NCBI GenBank assembly: GCA_012295275.1
Contig: CM022668.1
Location: forward strand, 16,244,001-16,308,000
Length of the DNA: 64,000 nt
DNA from: Chrysomallon squamiferum
Taxonomy: Eukaryota; Animalia; Mollusca
Reading direction: 5' to 3'
Shown piece by piece: positions 26,366-41,130 of the stretch (position 1 is the stretch's first letter; the number at the start of each line of letters is the position of its first letter). Both the position numbers and the translations under genes were made by a program. The notes under the pieces are model-generated. The model saw only the letters and a program-made list of their open reading frames with translations, was not told the DNA's origin and made no database searches.

Positions 26366-26415
<50 letters not shown>

Positions 26416-26525
26416 TTATTGACTTTTTTTGTGATATTAATGTTAACTTTTGTCGTTGGTATTTATTTATTTATTTATTTTGTTGTTGTTGTTGTGATAT
26501 TAATATTAACTTTTATCGTTTGTGT

Positions 26526-26556
<31 letters not shown>

Positions 26557-27040
26557 TTTGTTTATTTATTGTTGTGATATTAATATTAACTTTTGTCGTT
26601 GATATTAATTAATCATTATTTTGTTATTATTTTATTGTTATTGCTGTTATTATTGTTATTATTATTATATTGTTTTGTTTTTGTTGTTGTTATTATTATT
26701 ATTATTAGTAGTAGTAGTAGTAGTAGTACTGTTCTTGTTGTTGTCGTTGTTGCGTCTTGTTATTTACGTATTTTTATTTACTGTTATTTGAAGATCCTGT
26801 ATCTCGAATTACGTTTCGTGTGGTACATTGTCATTATGTGGACACTCCCACTTCGCAGACGGGAGAGTTTCTCGTGCAGTTCATGCGGTTTTCATTCATC
26901 CGTGTTTATCATGCAGCATAATTATATCTCCTAAACTTACTTTCCTGTCTACGTGATCTCTGTCTTGAAATGTTTGTTTTCTTTAAAACTTTTTGTTCAC
27001 AGATTGATGAACACAAATGATGAAAGACTGTCGTTCCTTT

Positions 27041-27080
27041 CCGGTGACGCGTCTCTTCTGATTGGCTGCAGGTCACGTGG
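27041..27080 (+). promoter_or_regulatory. Probable core promoter of the main innexin isoform
   Basis: Cluster of TGACGCG (27045), an inverted CCAAT box CTGATTGGCT (27058) and an E-box GGTCACGTGG (27071), ~210 bp upstream of the ATG-TC|gtaagt exon. Confidence 0.55.
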
Positions 27081-27292
27081 TAATGGTGATAGACGGGACA
27101 GCTAGATTGCACCTTGTAACTTGACAAAGTTGACAGATAGCTTGTGTCGTGGACAGCAAATAGTGGTGAAAAACTTCGTTGTTTGTGGTGGACAAAAAAA
27201 AAAAACAGAAGAGACATTTTGTCAGTAGAAAAGGATTAGATGATTGTTTCCTGACTAAAATTTGGGACGTATGATTTTGTGAGAAACCCAAC

Positions 27293-27297
27293 ATGTC
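27293..27297 (+). CDS. inx: Innexin start-codon exon C (M-S), best candidate for the main N-terminus
   Basis: ccaacATG TC|gtaagt has a good Kozak context, a consensus donor and phase 2. Splicing gives MSASAIIGSFASFSKL..., a typical-length innexin N-terminus. Confidence 0.75.
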
Positions 27298-27553
27298 GTA
27301 AGTATCACTTATTTAAACATTTTTAATATTTTCTTAGCAAATTTCTAACGGTAAACAATAATTTTCTTTATGTACATTACACTGTAATATATTGACACTT
27401 CAGACATTCCACGAAATGTAACCTACAAGTCTTTTCCTCTGTGGTTTATTTGTTTATCTTTTTTTTTCTTTCTTTCTTTATCTTTCCATTCTTTTCTTTC
27501 TTTATTTTCTCCCTTTTATTCTTTTCATTCAATCCTTTTACTGTTTTTTTTTT

Positions 27554-27585
<32 letters not shown>

Positions 27586-28297
27586 CTGTATCTTTCCATT
27601 CTGTGATAGTTTTTAGCGCGCGGAGATCGTAAAGCCGTGAGGTCAAGCGTTGTTAAACAGGCGCAGACGACACACTTGATTTAGTTTGTACAGCGAGTGG
27701 CCTACATCGGGTTTAATTACCCCACGTTTGATACTGACCGACTTACGCAGTATAACCGTTCTGTGTAGATATGAGATTCATGATATTATCGTATACATAC
27801 CTTTATTTGCTCTGTGGTTATTGTTTCAAACTTCCAGCTAGCGGATTAAGATTTATGCACGTATTTATTTTATAACCCTTGCAGATTATGTCTTATGTAA
27901 GTCAATCATACAGGGTAAATTCTGTGATCCAAACTATTGTCGTTTTCTCTTTCTGTAGATGTTTTGGACCAAAGTGTAGACTTTTATGTCCAATACTGTA
28001 GACTTCATATACATTAATATATACGTCGTGTCCAACGCTTTAGACTGTGTGTACAATAATATAGACGATATGTCTAATACTGTAGACTTTATGTACAAAA
28101 ATATAGACGCCATATTCAGTACTGCAGACTTTATGTACAATAATAATAGTTTTCCCACCATTTTTATTTATATTATACATTGTTGTTTATATTATACATT
28201 GTTGAAGCATATAAACAAATGTATACGATAACAATATATGTAAAACAATACGCATATTCAAATCAGTTTACTACTGCAGTAATTAAAGTAACAAATA

Positions 28298-28311
28298 ATG
28301 TGTGAGACGTT
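28298..28311 (+). CDS. Candidate alternative innexin N-terminal exon D (MCET-F)
   Basis: aataATG TGT GAG ACG TT|gtaagt, phase 2. Inr-like TCAGTT at 28263. Confidence 0.4.
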
Positions 28312-28615
28312 GTAAGTTTTTAATACGCGTTCGTTCGCGTTTCTCAGTACGAGGCAGAGTTTTGTTCATAAGCGTAATTTGCTTCACCGCTGTTCTAATT
28401 TATGTATTCATGCTTTGATATTTATCGATTTCGCACAAATGTGATGGGTGACATATTTTTCACTTAAAAATTCCATCACACAGATCGATCCGCCCTCTGT
28501 CAACACACACACACACTCACACACTCACACGTGTTTGCACAGGCGACAGCTGAGCCGCTCTTGAAAGCAGGTCAGAGACTTAAATTCACGAACATGTTTT
28601 GTTGTACACGCGGTT

Positions 28616-28780
28616 TGAATTATTTGATACTCGTGTAGAGTATCTTTGTACAGAGATATGTAAACTGAATTATTTGATACTCGTGTAGAGTATCTTTGTA
28701 CAGAGATATGTAAACTGAATTATTTGATACTCGTGTAGAGTATCTTTGTACGGAGATATGTAAACTGAATTATTTGATAC
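28616..28780. repeat. 50-bp minisatellite, about 3.3 copies
   Basis: tgaattatttgatac starts at 28616, 28666, 28716 and 28766. Confidence 0.95.
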
Positions 28781-29783
28781 GTGTTGTAGACACGTACAAA
28801 AAAATATATAATCTTTATTTTTAATGCATTGGAAATCTGCACCTAGAGGCTTAACTTGATTTCATAAAGTTTTGTGTCACTGGAGGGGAGTGGCTGTAGG
28901 GATAGCTTGTTCAGACTTACGAAGAAAAAGGTTACGTAATAAGAATAGCGTATTCTGTTTATAAACATTTACGTAATAAGGAATTCTGTTTTATAAAATT
29001 TTACATAATAAGGGATACTGTATTTTGATATTAGTGATTTTTTACTTAATTAATTAAATTTGTATATAATGAAGTGAGATCGTATTTCGATTTCAACAAA
29101 AACAGTTTGGGACGTGAAAACATTTTAACTCAACAATAAAAAACAAACCCAAAAAAACCAGTCGTTTCAAATTTTAATAATCTGCAAATCAAGATTTTTT
29201 TTCCACTAGTTATATAACTGAAACGGGTTTACTTACATGTCTTATTATAATAATTATTATAATGAAATATCATCAACATCACTGATGAATTAATTACGTA
29301 TCATATTTTTGTTTTGCTCTCTGGTATTTCATCTATTCAGTTTTTCGCTTCGAACTGTTTTGTGTTCTGCCTTTCAAAGCACGTATTGAATGTGTATAAG
29401 CAGACCAACTTGTTGTTTACTATAAATAATACGTTTGGTGATGAGGGAATGCACTGTTCTTACTCACAAATACACATACATACAAATAATTGTACTTTGT
29501 GAATAAAATTACACAACCTATATAATTCCATTGGTTATATATAATTGGTGATATATTTTGATGTGTTTATACACACACACGCACACCCACTCGCACACAC
29601 ACTCACTCAAACACGCACACGCACAAACACACAAACACACACGGATTATGTTTTCTTGCCAGTGTTTGGTCAGACGATGATAATATAAACATTCGGCTTC
29701 GTTTTATGTTTTATTCTGTCTGCCTCAGTGCCAGATATTTCATCAACAGAATGAATAATAACAGGACTGTAATTTATTTATTT

Positions 29784-29856
<73 letters not shown>

Positions 29857-29882
29857 AAGGAGAGGGAGAGAGAGAGATGCAT

Positions 29883-29948
<66 letters not shown>

Positions 29949-30372
29949 CATAACTGGAAATATGCACTGAAACAAATCAGTGTAAAAGTCTATAATCAGT
30001 CATCAACTTTTTTTTTTGTTTTATCTCCCTTGTTTCCAAAGCACTTTTATGTTTTTTTGATTGCTGCAGGCCACAGGGTGGCAGTGTGTTTTCAAGTTGA
30101 AGGTCAGGGTTTTGTCCCTGCCCACGGGCTGTTCACGTATATATCAGTGGTTTGACGTGTGATTTCCTGCCTCAGGTTAATTAAGATTGCCCGACACTTC
30201 ACCCGCACTGATACCTACAGTTATTTAACAGATGTATCAGAACAGACACACGTGTTAGTGTGTACGTGTTTATATGTATAAACGTGCATAAATTTTTGTC
30301 TATATATTTATACATGCTTATGTACACGCAGTAGACACACAAATATCTCTACGCACAAAAAGTGAAATAATA

Positions 30373-30422
<50 letters not shown>

Positions 30423-30622
30423 TACATATACAAAGAGAAAGAGAAAGAGTTAGTTTTAAATTCCGGTTAATAATCATGTTGAAAATATTTTCCTTTCGAC
30501 ATACAAGAGTGTCTTCCTGTCAGATTACAAAGAATAGTTTATAAACTACTAATACTGTAACTGTGTCCGTCAGTGGGAAAAGTAATTTCAGACACTTACA
30601 CCCACCCACCCACCCCACACAG

Positions 30623-30713
<91 letters not shown>

Positions 30714-31587
30714 GAATGTGTATGTATTTATCACCATATGTAAGCAAGAATATTTGTATCTATGAAATTATTTATGTAACAAGTTTGCATATGTGAAAGT
30801 AAGAATTTTTGTAAGTATCCATACATGGAACGAAGTATACACTCGTAAAACTCTCTGTGATTTTCTTTGTTAAAAAAAGCCTGTCATGAATTGTGGTAAA
30901 TCATGCATTTTTATTTGTATATTTATTTTTTATATATATATTTTTTTACATTTGAAAACACCATAGAGTTTAGAGTTTATACAGTAGATGTTTATCGATC
31001 ATACACTTGTTATTTATAAGTATATAAAACTTACTTTAAAATAGCAATAAATTACATTAGTAAGCGACAGTAATAAAAATATTTTAAAAAACCCAGTGCT
31101 GAATCTACATGAGCAAATCTGTTCAAATGTGAAACGGAAAAAATAAAATGGTGGATGTGAGACAAACTCGAACTACAGTCTTACAATGACGTGTACATTA
31201 TTTTATATAACAAACTGAAACTGAAGCCTTCATTAATCATAGTGAAACCAGATGTACCATGTGGTCGTTATAATTTAAATGAAGATAACATTTTCTTTTA
31301 TTATTATTATTATTATTATTATATTACGTTAGAAATGGACAGCACAAAACCACTGAATACTCTTATAAATCAATGTATATTGAACGAAAAAGTGGTATAT
31401 TAGTTTTATTTAACAGCACAATGATGGTAATATGTAGGACACGTGTAAAGACAATTCAGTGTATTATTATTGAGAACAATTCGTAATAATTTACTGCTGT
31501 AGAATAGTATGAACTATTACAATTGCTGTCGCTGCTGTTGCTGTTACTGAACTACTTTTTTCAAGTACTACGTATAATATTACTCTG

Positions 31588-31832
31588 TTGGTGGTGGTGG
31601 TAGTGGTAGTGGTAGTGGTAGTGGTAGTGGTAGTGGTAGTAGTGGTAGTGGTGGTAGTGGTGGTAGTGGTAGTGGTGGTAGTGGTAGTGGTAGTGGTAGT
31701 GGTGGTGATGGTGGTGGTGATGGTGATGGTAGTGGTGGTGGTAGTGGTGCTGATGGTAGTGGTGGTGGTAGTGGTAGTGGTGGTGGTAGTGGTAGTAGTA
31801 GTGGTAGTGGTGGTGGTAGTGGTAGTAGTAGT

Positions 31833-31878
<46 letters not shown>

Positions 31879-32541
31879 CATCATCACTACAGATGTTAGC
31901 ATTTACGTCTCCTGCGTACAATTTTTACTGCTGTACGATACGACTACAACTACATTACAACAAATATACTGTTACAAATACCACGACACACACCATTAAT
32001 TCAAATACTGCGACCCTGCTAACACTACTTCTGTTACTATACAGTAGTAGTAGTAGTAGTGGTAGTAGTAGTAATTCAAATACTGCGACCCTGTTACTAT
32101 ACAGTAGTAGTAGTAGTAGTGGTAGTAGTAGTAATTCAAATACTGCGACCCTGTTACTATACAGTAGTAGTAGTAGTAGTAGTAATTCAAATACTGCGAC
32201 CCTGTTACTATACAGTAGTAGTAGTAGTAGTAGTAATTCAAATACTGCGACCCTGTTACTATACAGTAGTAGTAGTAGTAGTGGTAGTAGTAGTAATTCA
32301 AATACTGCGACACTGATAACACTACGTCTGTTACTATACAGTAGTAGTAGTAGTAGTAGTAATTCAAATACTGCGACCCTGCTAACACTTCTACAGTACA
32401 CTTCTACTACAGTAACACGACTCTTTCCATTGGTAGAAGGTCTAGTAGTTCCCGCTGTTCTGTTACTATACAGTACACTTCTACTACAGTAACACGACTC
32501 TTTCCACTGGTAGAAGGTCTAGTAGTTCCCGCTGTTCTGTT
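31588..32541. repeat. (GTG/GTA)n triplet tract, then a compound aattcaaatactgcgaccctgttactatac(agt)n repeat and a short direct duplication
   Basis: Direct inspection. Gives the poly-V, poly-H/Y and SNSNTATLLLYSSS ORFs. Confidence 0.9.
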
Positions 32542-32952
32542 ACATTGCAGTTAGGTTAGGACTAGCTCGATGCCTTTCAAGTACTTTAATTTAAACAAGA
32601 AAAATCAAATGCACATGCACTGTACAATAAAACTAAATGAAGCATACCTCGTTTATTTGAGTACGTTTGCATTCCAGAATAAAATCTGCATTAATTTTTT
32701 TTTCTTTCTTTTCCTGAATGTGCGCCATCTGTAAATCGTTCTATTAATAATATATATATATATATATTTTTTTTTTTTTGCGTATATTAAAAATAAAATT
32801 AATGTGGCGGCTGTTGAGGGATTGGCTCTTATTTAAATGAATCGCTGTCATTTTGAAATTAATGCGGGTCAAAGCAGGCATCACGTGCACAAATTAGCTG
32901 ACGTACACAAAAATATATTTGTTAAACAGACAGAATTTAGACAAATGCTATC

Positions 32953-32989
<37 letters not shown>

Positions 32990-33684
32990 TATACAAAACA
33001 ATTTAATATTAAAATTTGCTAATACGTATTAAAGGTAAATATTTCAGATTATATAAAATGTTTTGGTTAGATATCAGAGTCTTTGTAAATTACAATTAAG
33101 CTGTTGTGCACACAAGCTATAAAACAAATACAGAGAACAATAAGAAACAAAAGAAGAAAAGAAAGGATATTATGTAACACAGCTAATTGGTTTTTGCTTT
33201 CCAATCTGGACTGAGATTTGAGTAAACTTTCTCACATCGTGGCAGGAATTCGTCATTAAAGTTTGAGCAACTCGCCGAGTTCTCACCTTTGTGTACTGAA
33301 AATACACGAGCTGTTTGAGTCACACAACAAAGACTTACACAAGCTTTTAAAACTAAAAGCGTAAAAACAAAAATAACAAAACGAGAACAATAATTATACG
33401 ATTTATAAAAAGAAGCTGTAATTACAGAAGAGAATAGAGTGTGTAATTGGGTTATTGCGAGTTTGTAAGCTGCTTGAAGTCGCTACTTGTGAAGTGTTAA
33501 GTACGGAACACAGAATAACACACCAGCAGTAAAACTGAGCAGTGCTAGAGCATCTCGCCCGAGCTGGATTTTCTTCAAGTGTTGTTTCCAGCTAGCTCTG
33601 AACGGAATAGTGATACTCTGGTTTATCTGCATTGTCTAATTTTTACAGAAGCTAGACTGAGTGGTGACCACACACACACACACA

Positions 33685-33763
<79 letters not shown>

Positions 33764-33962
33764 AGACACACACAGTTTCAAACATGCAATATGTAATTCA
33801 CCAGACTATAAAAAGCTGATCGTTATTTCATGTTCATGGTGACTCGAATGAGTTCACACAATACAGTGACGTCACCGACTACGTAAATAACCACACCTGT
33901 CTCTGTGCTAAATTTAATCATTCGTGAACTAAATAATGCTAAGAAATGTGGTTTCGGTTATA

Positions 33963-34266
33963 TTTTCTTAACGATTTTTTTTGTTTTTGTTTTTTTTGTT
34001 TTTTTTTGTTTAGTTCTTAAAAGATAATTGTCTCATTTTTATTTATTTATTTATTTATTTATCTGTGTTTTATTTTATTATATTTTCATTTTATTTTATT
34101 TTTAATCGGAAACCTATTTTCACTTTATATTTATTCCCCTTAATCTTTTAAGGATATTAATTTTTTTTCCTCTAACATTTCTTAACGATTTTTGTTTTGT
34201 TTTTGTTTGATTGTTTTTTATTTTTTTTTTTTTTTTTTTAGTTCTTAAAAGATAATTGTCTCATTT

Positions 34267-34301
<35 letters not shown>

Positions 34302-34430
34302 TTTTTTTATTTATCTGTTTGTTTTATTTTATTATATTTTCATTTTATTTTATTTTCAATCGGAAACCTATTTTCACTTTATATTTATTCCCCTTAATCT
34401 TTTAAGGATAATAATTTTTTTTCCTCTAAC
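33963..34430. repeat. Tandem duplication of an AT-rich ~215-250 bp unit
   Basis: tttcttaacgattttt...agttcttaaaagataattgtctc...aatcggaaacctatttt...cctctaac is present twice. Confidence 0.9.
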
Positions 34431-37400
34431 TCACGCAGTGACTAAAACAAAGATCCTGTCTGTTTCTTAAGAGAATTTTTGTCAGGGTCACCTTGAAAGC
34501 AAGTCACATCCCTGCTGCGGTCACTGAAGCGGAACGAGAACTTCTCCCAGTTCACAGTGTACACATTTTTTTATTACTTGATAAACGGCGACACTGCATT
34601 ATACAGCAGTTAATTACAGAGCAGAATCGAAACCGCGATTATTTCTAATAGTACATAACCTACAGTTTCAGTCGTTGAAATAAGGACAAATGTCGTGTTT
34701 GTGGGTGTTTAAAAACTACAAAAATACACAAGAGTTAACGACGAAGGCTGTAATTAATGAGTACTACCGTCATGGGGAAAATTTTGTCAAGAAAGGAAAA
34801 ACAAAGCAAACCAAATTACGCTCTGACCTTGGTTTACGTTATGTTAATGTCATTTGCCAGTTGTTACTCAAGACGCCACGTAGATATACAATATTTCATT
34901 TATATATAATTTGTGAAATCAAACAAACTTTAGCGAATACAAATCGAACGTACACACAATATATATATATATATATATATATGGGGGGTATTGTGTGCAC
35001 GCTCGATTGTATATATCATTTCGCAGACGTACACTCCCCCGTACTGTACATTTCTATAATAACACAAACAGCAGCTTCGTTTAACAGAAGAAGAAAAAAA
35101 AAAAAAAAAAAATACAAGTAATTTGTGTGTATTGTAAATGATTTGACACAGATTTCCTCGTTATTACATAGCACGTAAAGCGGTGATGATGTTGGTGATG
35201 ATGTCACTAAGTCACGGTGATTTATAGAGTGTCGTGTACGTAACAGGCCGTTGTTCACGTTGCAAGTGCTCCGAGGAAGTTGCGTAATTAACCTTTCCCG
35301 GTTTGAATAGTCTGGCAGACATGCTACGTGATTACTAATGTCTCGATACCGTACTGCGTGTAATAACGCGCGTTTTGATGGACCGCTTACATACCATACT
35401 GTACGTAGTAACACCTGCCAGTTTTGTTATAGCCAAAATTGACATAAATATTCTCAGTCAAAATAGTGAAGTAATGTAGGACAGTAACAACAACTATAAC
35501 GAAGACAAAGGCAGTATTAATACTAGTAGTAGTAGTAATAATACAAAAATAACAACTAAAAAGAATGAATGAACAAATGAATGAATGAATAAATAATATA
35601 TATATATATAAAAAAATAAATTACACAAAGTATCGAATCCTTCGTTACGACATTTTTAGTCGTCCAAGGATCTGGTTTGCGCAAAAACATGGAATTGAAA
35701 TAAACCGAAACGCAAATAACGTGAAGGTCTCACCCAGCTATTTTGGGAAGTGTTTTGTTTGCTGTGCTGTGCTGTATTTACAGTGGAGATGCTTTCTGAG
35801 CGATTCTGGAACGTAAAACACAGTCCTCCGCCAAACCTGTCCTTCACGTAACATGTTTGTCTTCTTCCCAGATTAACGTATTATCAGCGATTTCTTTTTT
35901 TTTTTCGTTTTTTGGTCTCCATTTTGACGCGTCTTATTGTTCTTTTTGTTTTATTTTGTTTGTGTTATTGACGGTACTTTCTGTTATATTACGAGTTTGA
36001 CACGGCTAGCATTATCATGTCAGTTTACTGTTTTGGGTCTGTAGAGCGTTAAACACTCTTGAAACTGTAATTACTTTATTGTTAAGCTTTAGTTAACAGG
36101 GACATTTACTTTCACACAGGTATAGAGATAGAGAGGTAGAGGGAGATGTAGAGAGGGGGGAGTGAGAGAGAGAGAGAGAGACACACACACACACACACAG
36201 ACAGACAGATAGATTACTTGAATCTGTATTTTGCAGGGTGAAAAAGCCCACTGTTTGGCTTACTGTCTGTCTGTGTAGAATGAAAGTGTAAAAGACAAAT
36301 AACAAACGTGCAGTTTGAAGGGTCACGCTGAACTCGAGTCTTAAACTAACATTTGTTTGTGGATTTACCTTACATTTGTTTTAAGTCTACTTTTTCAAAC
36401 CTTGTCGAACAAGCCTCAAATTTACCTCAGTTGTAAGGTGTTGTTGCTAGACCAACACGATTAAATGTTTTCAGTTTTAGATGCGATACAGATTTACAAA
36501 AACAGTTCTTACTCCAAATTGTGAAATATCTTGTTTCTACGGCAACGGGTTTCCGATTTAGAAAGGTTATTGGTCGGAGCAGTTTGATACAATTTATAAA
36601 TGGAATGGACACATTACAGTGTTATCTCCATGGTAACCGGCCACACACATTGCACAGAAAAATAAAAAGAAAAAGAAAAAGCTATAATCCTCAGTCTAAA
36701 TAAAAATTATTTAAAATATTAATTTAAATATATGAATATCAAAATACGTCGTTGTTAAATACTCGGACACTAGGATTAATGGAACCTGCGTGGCTCTCCC
36801 TCCTCCGCCTCCTCCTCCCCCTCCTGCTCCCCCGCCTGCTCCCCCTCCTTGTACGTTATATTTACTGTGTCTAAAAGAATCTTTAACAGTTTTAAAATTT
36901 GTTTTTGCGTTTTTGTTTCATTTTAATGAAATGCAGTCCACCACAGATCTCCTTTCTCTATTATAATCTTGTATCCGCTGCTTTTAAATATTACTTCTAT
37001 CGCCACCCCCGCAACCACCACCCCCAGTAACCACCACCCCTGTAACCCCCCCAGTAACCACCACATACCAACACACTAATTCTGTTTCGGGTTAACAAGT
37101 CGGATTACTGCTGTTTACCCAGGACGAACGTGCTTCAGTCTTCAGCCATCGTTAGCGCATTTCAATAACATATTCACTGACCGATTCAGTGCTCTCGTAT
37201 TTCAGAACAACAACTGTCACCTGAAATTTTTAGGCTTCACCAATATTCCTAAATACTAATTAAATTCAAGATAAGTAGCCCAGGAGCCCACGAAGAATAG
37301 GGAACGTGAGAATCGTGACCCAGATTTTGAAAAAAAGAAAAAAAGAAAATTGGACAGGATTTACAAAGAAGTAAAGAAATAAGAATTAGATGCCCAACCG

Positions 37401-37860
37401 AGTTTGACGTCCGGTCATTCCTGAGATGTTGAAAAGTTGCGTTGTGTTTTTACACTGTGTTAAGGGTTGTATTGTGTTTTTACATTGTTAAAGGTCTATT
37501 GAAGTTTCCACTGTGTTTGAGTTTCATTCTGCTCTTCGCGGTGATTTCGGGGACCGTATTAAATTGGTTAGTGTCGGTTTACAGTCACGGCTGACCAGTG
37601 CGGTTAAAAGTACATTTATATTAATATTCGTGAAGCATCAAGCTGTTGTGATGTATTGTATTTTAACTGCGTTGAAGGAAAAGAATAGGAAAAAAAAAAT
37701 GAAAAAATGAAGAATCAAACCAAAAACAAAAACAAAAAAAAAAAAAAAAATAATAATAATAATAATAATAATAAAAATAAAAATTATAACATCACTCTTT
37801 GTTAATGGAAATGCTTCCAGCCGCCTGTTTTAACACGTAGTACACGTTTTAAACTTTCTG

Positions 37861-37889
37861 ATGATGTTACAGTCCTTCCTTGAATCAGA
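37861..37889 (+). CDS. Candidate alternative innexin N-terminal exon E (MMLQSFLES-D)
   Basis: 9 codons plus GA|gtgagt, phase 2, inside a CpG-rich unique block (37800-38500). Confidence 0.4.
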
Positions 37890-40800
37890 GTGAGTGAGTG
37901 CGTGAGTCGGAGTATTCGACAGTGACAAACAGAACAAAAGGCTGTTGTAGCTGATGACGTGTGAGACTTTCCAGTGTGGACGCGAGTAAACAAAGGGTCT
38001 GTTGTTACAGCAGCGCTGTTTACTTGTGTCGCGACGTCCTCTACGACCCTAGCACGCAGACGTAGACAGCGTAACGTTAGTCTGAACTTTATTATAAATA
38101 ACGTAATTAATTACACACACTTTATGTTAAACAGTGAAATTTATACGCAGCGAAACGTAAAATATGTATTCGTGTAAATCTACGGAAATATCTCTAATAC
38201 AAGCCACAGCTGCTGCTAAACTCAATCTAATCACAGGATAAATATTGATTTAAACAACATTAATATGTAAAACAAAACAAATTAGTGAATGCAGTGTAAC
38301 AGTCCAGTCGTTCTAATGTTATCTCTTGTTTCTGCCCGACAAAGTAGACATGCGCACTCGGCGGTCAAGAGACGCCATTACAGAAGAACTCTCGTCGGTT
38401 CTCGGGCTGGGAAACGTGACTTTGATCAGGCTGAATGTCTGAAAAGCAAACAGTGAAACTTAAACACAGCACTTTAAGATGACACGTTGTCCCGTCTTAT
38501 TTTTACCTCGTTAGTTACGTAACTGTCTCACATTTCCTTGCAGGGAAGAAAAAAAAAAAATATCGGAGATTAAAAGATACAAAAACAAAAACGAAAGGAA
38601 TAAAATAATGTATTTTAACTGTGAAAGTTACGGGTGATGATGAATTTGGTTTGTTTTGTTTGTTTCTCTTGTGTCTCACCTGTTTTTTTTGCCTGAGGCT
38701 AGAGAAAGGACAAAGAGCGAGGTGATGGCTTTTCAGGTCTCAGTTTACGCTTCTGTGTTGAATGTCGGGGCGTCATGGCGTACACACGTGGTTGCTGAAG
38801 TGAAAAAAAAAGAAAAAAAAAAGACTGGTGGTGTTTATATCTGCAGGTTATAAAATGATTTTCACTTGAACGAACAATTAATACTCGCTTCTCAAACTTT
38901 CCACTCTTTCTGTGGGACGTGTTTGTTAACACCGAACTGTAACACAGTGTGTGTCTTTCATGACAACAACGATCACGTTGTAGCGGTTACATGAGTGTGT
39001 TCGATTCTTCTGCATTCTAATAAAGGCATATTTCCCGTTCCTGCCATAACAATAGCCAAATTACTTCACATTTATTAAACTAGCTGCTGTTACTTCGGTC
39101 TCGTATAACTTGCTGTTTTAATTTTTAATTTAATTTAATTTAATTTTTTTTTTTTTATTTTATTTTATTATTATTCTTTATTTTTAAAATTATTTTATTT
39201 TATTTTATTTTATTTTATTTCTATTACTATTATAATTTTAAGTCAAGCTGTCTAGGTTTCAAACATTTCTAAAAACGTGTCTTAAGTTATCCGAGTACAA
39301 ACTATGTTTGCCTAGTGTCAGTTTCGCTGTATACCCGTACCCCACTCGCAGTTTAACTTTTTACAGAATGAATGTTATCTGAGTAACAAATTTAACTGAA
39401 CTTTGACTACAACACCCAGGACACGACACTAAACTGTTCATTAGTGTGTCTAAAATACACAGGTCGCTCAGCAGATGTGCTCTATCACGAACGCACACGC
39501 AGACACGCAACAACACACACACTTATTTATATTTATAAATGGAAAATAAATATTTATAATTCTCCACCTGATACTAGAACCTGTTGATTTAATACCACGC
39601 GGTTCGAGATACAGGTGATACATGACGTATCAAATGCCGTGATGTGTTTATTCCTGTCTGTGGGAAATACAAAGCATCGATTGTTTTTAGCAGAAGGAGA
39701 GTAAATAACTTTTGTGGGTTTATAATCTTATTATCTCTGTGTGTATATAATAATTTACAAATTAAAATATTACACGTCACGATTCAAAACGAACAAAGGT
39801 GTAAAAAAAATTAGGTAATATGGAGAAGTTTCGAGGTCTTGCATACAGAGGAGAGATTTTCGAATTTAAACACAAATGTAACTGTGCATTAAAAATGTAT
39901 CAACAGCGCTGCTGAATTAATGATTTCTTCATTCCTCTCTTCATAGTGTAACATCTGTCAAGCCCTATGTAAAGTAGATATTTATCTGTCTGTCTGTCTG
40001 TCTGGTATTCTTTGAATATTCATTTCTAACATTTTGTTATTATTAATGAGATTCTGTACTTGTGTGAGGTGTCGTTGTCAATTAGAATTATTAGTGAAGA
40101 TTTTTTAGGATCTTCATAAATGCACGTCAGTTTACGTGCTTTGTTTGCATTCATGCGACTGCCTGCCCGAAAAGAACACCTGAGCAGACAAGCTCACCTT
40201 GCCAAACACTGAGGTGACACGAAATATTTGCGTGATGACGCAACGTCTGGGAAATCGTACCGCCCCTTTGTCAAAATCTGAATCGATGTGGAAACATTTA
40301 ATTAAATTTGTGTCACAATACACGTTTTGTTACATTACCACTGGAATATATGAATTATTTTTTATTTAATAACAACATAACAACACCAAAAACAAACACA
40401 CATATATACACACACACACACACACACTCACACAACCCATCCACAAGAGAATAAAAACATCCATATTTTTTAAATGTTTTTTTGGCTAGCGGCTGCTGTG
40501 CAGTTAAAATAAAACCTCACATATTTCGTTATGCACTACATATCTCGTATATAGATCTTAATACTGCATGCACTAGAATAGCTAGACTAACAAGGAATTA
40601 CTAAATAAATATTACAGACTTCACAAGCAATATATTTATCCTAAAATACAAACTAATACAGCTGTTAAAATTATAATTTAGAAATTAATAAGAATTGATA
40701 ACTTTATTATTTTATTTATTTATTTTTGTATTTTTTTTATTTTATTTTATTTTATTTTATTTTATGTTATTTTATTTCTTCTTCTTCTTCTTCTTCTTAC

Positions 40801-41130
40801 TATTACTATTATTACTTTCATATCAAGCTGGCTAGGTTCCAAAAAATTTCTTAAAACTATCTTAAGCATTAGTGAAATGTATGTATAGAAATTAAAAATG
40901 TCTGGTACGATTAATATTTCATCATCATAATCATCATCGTTAACATTATCATGTTGATCTTCTTCTTGTAATTATCATTATTATTACTGCTGTTATTATT
41001 ATTATTATTACTACTATTATTATTATTACTATTACTATTATTATTACTACTATTATTATTATTACTATTACTATTATTATTACGATCATTATTACTATTA
41101 TTATTACTATTTTTATTTTGTGTTTTTCAG

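Noticed and set aside
41120-41130. GTG start of the 404-aa ORF in the track
   Set aside because: It lies in the polypyrimidine tract of the acceptor (…gtgtttttcag|). The real start must come from an upstream exon.
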